A DNA stretch of 60,848 nt, the filler included, from Catajapyx aquilonaris (taxonomy: Eukaryota), in assembly GCA_000934665.2 (NCBI GenBank). It is 2 parts of 2 records of this genome, joined end to end, with 100 filler letters (N's around TTAATTAATTAA, not from the genome) between each part and the next. Parts side by side here need not be neighbours in the genome. Positions count along the whole stretch, not along the records: positions 30,540 to 60,848 come from JYFJ02004655.1; 1 more part is not named here. The stretch is one strand, 5' to 3'. The position numbers and the translations under genes were made by a program. Positions 53,201 through 60,848 of this stretch are shown here, piece after piece. Under the pieces are notes generated by a model. That model had not been told where the DNA came from. It saw nothing but the letters and a program-made list of their open reading frames with translations, and ran no database searches. The first letter of the stretch is position 1, and each line of letters begins with the position of its first letter.

Positions 53201-54445
53201 ATTTAATTAAAAGAAAAATATCGAATTCTGCATTGTGAAACCTGTACTTAATCAGAGAGTACCAGCCCTCAAATTAAGGCTATCCGAGTATTGAATAACA
53301 TAGCCCTTGTCACTTCTGACTTCTATATAGCTTCTGGTCAATGACCGTTGCGTTGAGGCCAATGCAGACCCTGATGTAACGTCGACCTTGACAAGTAACG
53401 AGATAAAGGTTTTATTGCTGCCTTTCTGCCTTGAGCCTGTCGAAACCGTTTTAATAACAACGTATCCGAGTACTTCGTATTTTAATGCAAAAAGGTTCTG
53501 GTGGTTTAGAAAATTCTAAGGTACCGGTACATTCCGAATGCTGTACGGAAGTGCTTGTAGATAATGACTGTATTCCCTACCTTCCTCTGGAGCATTCCGT
53601 TTCTTCCGGTCCTGATATGGACCTTCTTCCTGGCTCCTGGTACTTGATCTAGGAGTGGTCGAGGAAGGTCCATGATCATGTTCGTGCAAAGGAGGTCGCA
53701 GTGTGTCATGGACCTCTGCAAAACTCCCATTGACTCGGTGCACGGTCAGGTCGTGGTCGTCCAGTACCAAGCGGCCAAGTCCCAAGTTGGCCAGCAAATG
53801 TTCGAAACCTGCACAAAATCAAGTGTTTTAAAAAGAGCATACGCTAACAACGCGTTGAGCTTTAATCTCTATCTTCTAGAAAAATATATGTTGACATTGT
53901 GACGAGTTTTGTAAAGGGAGATATATCTCCCTTTACAAAACACGTCACAATGTCAACAGACTTGCGTCAGGAAGTAAAATCGCAATACTGCAAAAAAAAA
54001 AAAAAAAAATCACTCCTGAAATCGCAGCATTTTTTTCGAGCGACATAGTTCTGGGGATGGATGACATTGTATCGCAGTGCATTCACCCTTACTAATGTGC
54101 ACTGCTCAGTGTCATGCAATCCCGCCTGTAAACTCATTGGTTGATAAAAGTGTAAACTGAACCGGTATTAGTAAGAACAGAAGACCATTTGTAAGATGAT
54201 ACTCGACAGGATCAGACCTGGTGTATGAGTCATAAAACTCCGGTACCATCCTTTATTAGTATTACGTATAGTATTAGCAAAAGTGACTTTGGAATGATAA
54301 TTATTATGAGTGGTTATCAAAGGTATTCGCTGCTAATATTATGTCAAATTGAGTCACTTTGTCTATGCTCTGAATTGCAATGAATTTCCAATAATTTGGA
54401 ATATCCCATTGGAACAACATCCATCGAAAGTCAATGACAATATAG

Positions 54446-54480
<35 letters not shown>

Positions 54481-54494
54481 GTAGTAGTAGTAGT

Positions 54495-54575
<81 letters not shown>

Positions 54576-57517
54576 TTGCAGACCAGACCTTGAAGGCGTT
54601 AAAAATTGTGGGTATACAGTATACACGCTACCTATTATTATTAGCAGCTAACACTTTTGATAACCACTTAATGTAACTATGCACAAGTAAGTGCTAAAAA
54701 TAAGTTGTCACTTGATAATGCCATTCTAGTCGCTAGGGACATTTTAATTGGAACACCCTGTGTCATGTGTACGTTGCAGATTTTGGAAACTTGTATCACA
54801 CAGCAGAGTTTCTGTCACTTCCCTCACTAGATACATTATTTCCTGCAGCTTTCGTTGTTTTCTAGCACACACCGTCAATAGCAGTGTAGCTTTTGGTAAT
54901 GGATGCTTGCCAAGTTTGTAAGGTCGCCGATTGTCTTAACGATCTTAATCACTGATATGCCTACTCGATGGTTGGGCCAGATATGGAAATGCAGATATGA
55001 CGGAAGTACTTTTCTTGGTAAAGAGCACGTTGTTAAAAAGATAAGACTTGGTTTATTTAGACAAGAAAGTCTTTAATAAGGACATACAATTAAAATAAAT
55101 AAATAAATACTCAGATAAGAGACGTTTATTTGTCGAACACAAGCAAAGTTTTGCCCCGATATATTTCTACTGTATATCGCCTCTCTACAATGAGGAGTCC
55201 TATAGATCAAGTATCTTCGGAATGTGTATTGTCCGATAAAACACGACAACCTTAGTACTGACCTGTGGATTTACCAATAAGTATCATAATGACACGGAAT
55301 TGATTAAATTTCCTATATTTAATAACATTATGCACGAGTTGTTTAAAATCATGTTAGTCGATACTCGACAAAATTAAGAGCACATTAGTTATGTCAAAGT
55401 AGCATTATTATGGTGTATGTTTTAATTTTATTGTTTCTCGACGAACTCCGTGCCATTTTTATCACAGAAAATTGGGCAAGCTGGAGAAACCCTATTATTT
55501 AGATGAGTTACCATTGTCGTCTTGAAAAATTCCAGAAAAATAAACGGACAATTTGCCTTTGTTCGTTGGTGTTTTGGTCAGCGCTTATACGAAATGATAT
55601 GAGGTAGGTCGATGACACCCGGCCGAGAGTAATAAGAGACTGCCAACTACTCTTTAGATAAGGCAACATTGGTCGTCCAGTATATGCTGCACTTAATTCA
55701 CTTGCATAACATAATATTTACACATAGGGTATCGATGAAAGTCAAAATGTCATACTAGCAAAGTCATTAGGCACTACATATAATAATCAATTAAATATCG
55801 CGGGTTGAGAATTACAAGGTTGTAACTTCATAGGATTTTCATTGCAGTTACTACAACCTTGTAATTCTCACCCCACCACGATATGACTGCAGGAATCCGC
55901 CTTGGCAACAAAATTGCGGCTAAACTGGAGTTAATGAATTTAATAGCCATAAACTGATCACTAATATTGTTTGGTCACTTCGAGGGCTTTTCAATATATT
56001 TTTTTATCGTACACATTGTGTTACAACTGAAATGTTCGTAGTAATTTTTGGAACTAACCTGCTTATTATTACTAAGTAGTTACTACCGAACAGTTACTAT
56101 ACTTCTAGCGATTTTGAAAAATATTATAGCCTCTAGTATTAGGTTAATGTTAATAATTAATTCAGCCCATGAATTTTGATCCGAGCCTAAGACATTGCCA
56201 CTGACACCTTTTGATCAACTGCCACCTGCTGTCAATTGATGGATCAGATTTTTCAAAGCTTAGATCTTCCTGAATTAGTTAAAAGGTGACATTCTTTCCA
56301 CCTAATTCGGCCGTTAATTTCTAATAACCTTGAGGAGCAGATATTACGAATTAACTACTTAAAAATAAGCAGTTTAGTACAGAATATTGTTAACCACTCG
56401 GAAAATTCAATTGGAATCCACCGTGTAACGAAATTCGGTCCAGTACGAATAATTTTCACATTTATGAAGATTTTGCGCAATTAGAATATAGAGAAATGTT
56501 GCACTCTCCAACACATTTCACATCAGTGGAAATTCGATTTCCTGTCGACCATCCTGTCGAAATGTGACACGTGAACCCTCACAAATTGTAAGCGACATTT
56601 TAAAATGACTTTTGAATTATTTGACATTCACCTGCCACCATGTCACTCTGGGCCAGATCTTCAGTAGGCTATGTCACTTATTTTTTTAAATCCCCCTCCT
56701 CAAAAATGGAATTTTGAGGAAATATGTGAGAATTTGCATGCTGATGGACTATATGCTAAACTAGGAATCCGTGACAGGATAAAATACGTGAGTTCATTAA
56801 AATCACAACTAAAGTTTTTATCAATATTGCTTTAGCAGATTTGAACGCTAAAGTCTAGTTTCCACCGGCATAATTTTTGTTATGGACAAAATGCAATCCA
56901 GAACATTTTTTAAATTGCTAGACGATTAATAATAGTCTAATAATAATAAAGTTTGTTTGATTTTGTGCCTTATTTTTGTGCTTTTCATTTTGTGCTCAAA
57001 AGTTATGCCGGTGGAAACAACCGTCCAGACGTATCCTGCAGCTATGCAACCATCAATACTCTTTTGTCCTTTGCACAAAGACTTGACCGGACTTGACCTT
57101 GGTCGCCAGTCCTGCTGATGCTGATGGTGTTCTGTTACCGACTGTTACAGTACAGCGTTGGGCGGAAACCTTTCTTGGACGTATAAGTACAGACGTTATA
57201 GCATCACCCCCATATTACAGTATATCGCTGTTAAGATGAACTCTATTTTTAAAAAGTTTGGAATGAAATCACGTTTGTTGTCATTGTTATGCTGACGTGC
57301 TTAGAAAAACAATAGTGATATCAATCCAAATTCTAAATCAGAGAAAACTGTACGTACCTTCAAACGTCATAACACCATCGTCCCCATACTTCTCAAAGAG
57401 TTGATTCAAGAAAAATCGGTCGTCCATAGGTACCGCCGTCTTGTTTTCCGGCAGCTCCTGAGCGCAAGTCACCACTAAAGTCACCAAAGTGAACAATGGG
57501 AAGAACGTAAACCGCAT
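41241..57517 (-). CDS. foi: LIV-1 subfamily zinc transporter (SLC39A6/A10, fear-of-intimacy-like), 10 coding exons, 607 aa
   Basis: Exons 57517-57358, 53808-53581, 46342-46248, 45869-45674, 43004-42835, 42636-42412, 42214-42130, 42073-41741, 41643-41456, 41384-41241. All GT-AG, phases compatible, total 1824 nt. Signal peptide, LFEKYG..FEHLLANLGLG, CPAIVYELD (CPALLY motif), His-rich loops, GDGLHNFSDG and HELPHEIGD. Orthology to foi is by similarity only. Confidence 0.9.
41741..42073 (-). CDS. foi: ZIP transporter exon 8 (TM IV-V, HEXPHEXGD motif)
   Basis: Encodes VAWMVIMGDGLHNFSDGLAIGAAF...FCHELPHEIG. Phase-1 boundaries on both sides. Confidence 0.93.
42288..42364 (-). other. tRNA-like element (isolated SINE head or pseudo-tRNA) in a ZIP intron
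   Basis: D arm GCTC-AATGGCA-GAGC, T arm TCGGG-TTCGATT-CCCGG, atypical anticodon arm, partial acceptor stem. Confidence 0.6.
46248..46342 (-). CDS. foi: ZIP transporter exon 3 (poorly conserved ectodomain linker)
   Basis: ttttacttccag| acceptor and ATG|gtaagt donor. Supplies the phase 1 to 0 bridge required between exons 2 and 4. Confidence 0.8.
49289..49572. mobile_element. MITE with CAC...GTG termini
   Basis: CACTCTAAATTTCAAAGAGTTAAT / ATTAACCCTTAAAAATTTAGAGTG. Confidence 0.55.
50352..50495. mobile_element. Small MITE with two TGACGTCA sites in ZIP intron 2
   Basis: Perfect about 34-bp arms AGTGCGGAAAACGAAACGACGATCTGACGTCATC. Confidence 0.8.
54447..54574. repeat. (TAT)n/(TAG)n microsatellite
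   Basis: Directly visible; accounts for the poly-L and poly-N ORFs. Confidence 0.95.
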
Positions 57518-57714
57518 CTTGTCTCCGTTGTTCTCCAATGCTGGTTCAGCCGGACTCGACGATCCTCTTTGCAACTATGGTAATTGTACGAGATAGGGAC
57601 GGTGGCAGGAACACTTTTGAGCAATTTGGCTACGATGCACTACCATAGCCTGCGGAAGTAACAGTTAGCGTGTGTCGCGTCAATAAGTTCACTTGTTGTG
57701 ACCACTTCTGACCG

Positions 57715-57725
57715 CCGACTGAATG
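57715..57725 (-). promoter_or_regulatory. Candidate arthropod initiator (ATTCAGTC) for the ZIP gene, TSS about 57720
   Basis: TCAKTY match about 200 nt upstream of the ATG. GATA motifs upstream (about 57777 and 57850). Confidence 0.5.
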
Positions 57726-58212
57726 GGACGGCCCTTCTCAAGCTGCTACTTTTCCACACGGCGCGTGTTTTCTAACAGATAAGGAGGCTGACCAATTGCA
57801 ACCTTAGCTTGTTGGTCACTACAGTTTATATGCCATCAGACAGCTAGTTTTATCGTCCTCGTGAATGTACTAAGATTAGAATGTCGGGTGTCTACAACCG
57901 GGGTCACCTGACCTATAGACCCGTCCAAGTACCGGGCTTATTCCAGGGCTACTCAGCTATTGCCGGATCTGAACAGGCACGCGGCTGATACAAATGTGGA
58001 GACAACTGTCTTTGACGAATCTTTGACGTCATTTCTAAGAAGTAAGAACACAATCAACGCATCTGCACCTAGCGGTAATAAGGTTCAGTTTCTGGGCAGC
58101 TTTACAGACCTGTTTTGGGACAGGTGATACAATATTGTCCTTATGTATATTATATAAAAAATAAAAGGAGCTTCAACTAATCTTGCCCACTCTTTTTCTG
58201 GGGTGGACAGAA

Positions 58213-58440
58213 ATCATCATCCTCATCATCATCATCAAGTTACCCCACTGATAGGTCGAAATCAGTTGTCATTTTTATTCAATTATTGAATCATTTTGAT
58301 TGTGGGAGGAACCGGAGGAAATCTGCGCAAACACGGAGAGAACCCTGCTGATAAATCCTTTTTATGCTCCTACGATCCGGGGATCGAACTCGGTACTGTA
58401 CCTCAGAGGTGGAAGGTTGTGGTTATAACCACTATGGGTG
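58213..58440 (-). mobile_element. Degenerate tRNA-SINE with V-domain-like core and (ATG)n tail
   Basis: B box GAGTTCGATCCC on minus. Plus strand TGTGGGAGGAACCGGAGGAAATCTGCGCAAACACGGAGAGAAC resembles the V-SINE core. Confidence 0.6.
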
Positions 58441-60848
58441 CACAGTAGATTATACTTTAGGTCAACTATTATTACGGACACTGATTCTCATATCATGTAG
58501 CGTCATCATGCCTCACCTGCCATACGTGAGGAATTCTGTCGTATAGTACGTATACCTTTTTTTCCCCCTTGGAATATCTCCAGGAGCCAAGAGTCAGATA
58601 AAAGCAGGTACAGTACTGTACAGTACTTGTTTCACCGCCATGTAGCCTACATTGAAATCCGATGATGTTCCGTTTAATTTTACATCGGCCAAACCACTTT
58701 CATAATTTTACACATTTTCAAGTATTAGGAAAGCTGTGCCACTAGAATTGTCATTATTGCAACAGATGGGTCATTATTATTGCGTCATTACCGATATTCA
58801 AGAGTCATAGCATACCTTATATTGAAATTATTGACGAAAGACAAAATATTTATTTTAATGAGATAATCATATATTTTGTACATGAGCAACACTAAATTGA
58901 TGAGATATGGAAAGTCTATATCCGATGCTGCGTCATTTCTGCCTCCGTAATTTTTTTTAAAAAAATACTGAACCGGTAATTTAACGCAAATTTTGTGATA
59001 CTTATTTGGTAAGTTACTTGGAAGTGTGTAAAATTGTGAAGATAGAATTTTTATTCCAGCATTGTGATGGCGTGATAAGTAGGCCTATGCTTATAACATT
59101 TATTTAATAACACCACTGCCGTTTCTTTTAAAAATCGTGCATATCTCACCTTCCTGTACAATAAATGAATTGATTTCCAAACCTGTATCTCCGGGGACTT
59201 TCCATAGTTGTAAGGAATCTGACCTGGCACTTATTCGGGAGTACAGTACAGTATGGCTTATGTGAGCACTGGCAGCAGCCTAGAGGCCTTTAACTTCCTA
59301 ATAGTCAATTTCCTTTGATCAACACAGGCGTCCAGTGATACACCGATGACGTAGCAATTGGCACAGCCGAAGCTCCGTGATTAGAAACATGTAAGCAATG
59401 TTGCTGCCATACTGAAGGGCTCAAGTTAAGGGACGAAAATTCAAAATAGATAGTAGTCTGATGAAACCAGTACAAGTGACCCAAAAAATAAAAGTATTCT
59501 GAAATTAATCATATGATGTAACGCCGATGCTTTTTTGTCCAATCAAAACGTTAGTACAAACCGTGGGTTGAACAATTTGCCGCCATTTTGGACCCAGGTT
59601 TGTTTGTTTTCATTATTGGGCCGTTGCCCCCGACCCGCTATATTATTGTTGTACAGCATATCCCGAGCTCGATCATAATCTGCAGGGCGCGATATACATC
59701 TTGGTAAGTGTACCTTCTTAATATATGGGTAAGTGTTTGTGGTGGGCTACCAAAAATGGGGTGCAACAGGGAACACACTGACCAACAGACAAAGGAATTT
59801 CTCAGGTGGAAATAGTTCTAATTGGTTCTCTCCATGCTTCGATGGGTTTTTCCTGTTTTCCTGCAGCAATCAAAAATCAGTAGTAGAGTCAGTGATTCAA
59901 ATCGATTAATTTAAAGATGATCCCCTAAAAGGGGTAACCCATTTAAAAGTAAGTGGCACGAGGCCTCTTTAAATTCTTATTGTTGGAGGAAATGAGAGAA
60001 CTCGGCGAACACTCATGAGACAGCCCTTTGAAAAATTTTGCCTCATGAGAAGTCGTTTTTCTTATCTAAGCATCGAACTGGGGATTTCACAATCAGATAC
60101 GAATAAGGCAGAGGTGATTACCACTCGTTACCACTGCTCCACAGTACTATACCCCTATTCAAACAAGTATACAGTATTGTATTGTTGGTTGCCAGGTTGC
60201 CTGTCGTCAACCAATGACAATACCATTCAATTACCTACATACTTTATGGCCACCGTGACCTACACATGATTATGTGAGTGACCAACTGATCGCTTCCCAT
60301 AGTATGTTCAAGCCCTAACTGTCTTTTTAATTTAAATTTTGTTTGTGTAAGATATTTTTTGCAAGTTTACTTAAACATCAATCTAATTAGGTGCAGCAGT
60401 CAATTTATGTGACAATGAAGTGCCGCAGTACCGTACCTGTATGGGGGGTCGAGGTCATGTAGGGTAATGTACTCGCTTTTTGATTAATGTTAATTTTATG
60501 TAACAAGCCTGCGTGGAGACCATACGTAAATGACACTGCTACCAGTGGTACTCTCTGGTTTACACAATAAGTTTGACTAAATCCTTATGAAACACACAGT
60601 GCCATTTTGCATTCATGTGTCATAAAAATTTGTATGTTACATTAATTTCACTTCATAATCAGCAAATGATAATTAAAGAATGAATATGCTTCCCAAGTCC
60701 ACAGTCCAAGAAGTAATAAAGGGGGTTATAGATTTGGCTTCTGCTCTTATAGGGAAACAACCCCTCTCAAGTGGAATCTCCTTTTTTGTCAGTTATTCAC
60801 TCTAATGGCCGGTTTCACCGAGCCCGGTTTTGATAAAAACCACGGTTC

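Noticed and set aside
54349..54651. Poly-Leu and poly-Asn ORFs (also poly-Tyr/Ile at 39346-39738 and poly-His at 22881-23129)
   Set aside because: Microsatellite translations.
57520..58200. Metal-response elements (TGCRCNC) near the ZIP promoter
   Set aside because: No convincing match found by eye.

Overview
Eukaryotic genomic DNA, very likely arthropod (inferred from short GT-AG introns, TCAGTC initiator, insect-type UGT and LIV-1/foi genes, tRNA-SINEs and MITEs), from a draft assembly with N gaps. There are three protein-coding loci. (1) The 3' part of protein kinase D on + (5 exons, 1965-9417). (2) A UDP-glycosyltransferase on + (15588-18025) with two lesions: a 597-bp TTAA piggyBac-type MITE inside exon 1, and an exon 2/3 junction whose missing D-I-L-G codons sit intact inside the intron. 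A truncated second copy of the UGT 5' end lies at about 21513-21650. (3) A complete 10-exon LIV-1 family zinc transporter (foi/ZIP6/ZIP10-like, 607 aa) on - (57517-41241), with a candidate initiator and a Cys/His-containing uORF in its leader. The rest is dense with transposon relics (Tc1/mariner, hAT, Kolobok, piggyBac, Harbinger-like, Helitron, foldback), modular and nested SINEs, and a conspicuous set of near-loopless palindromes and long inverted duplications. No CRISPR, rRNA or intact transposase was found. The best leads are the UGT lesions, the ZIP uORF, the palindrome signature and the SINE module swapping.
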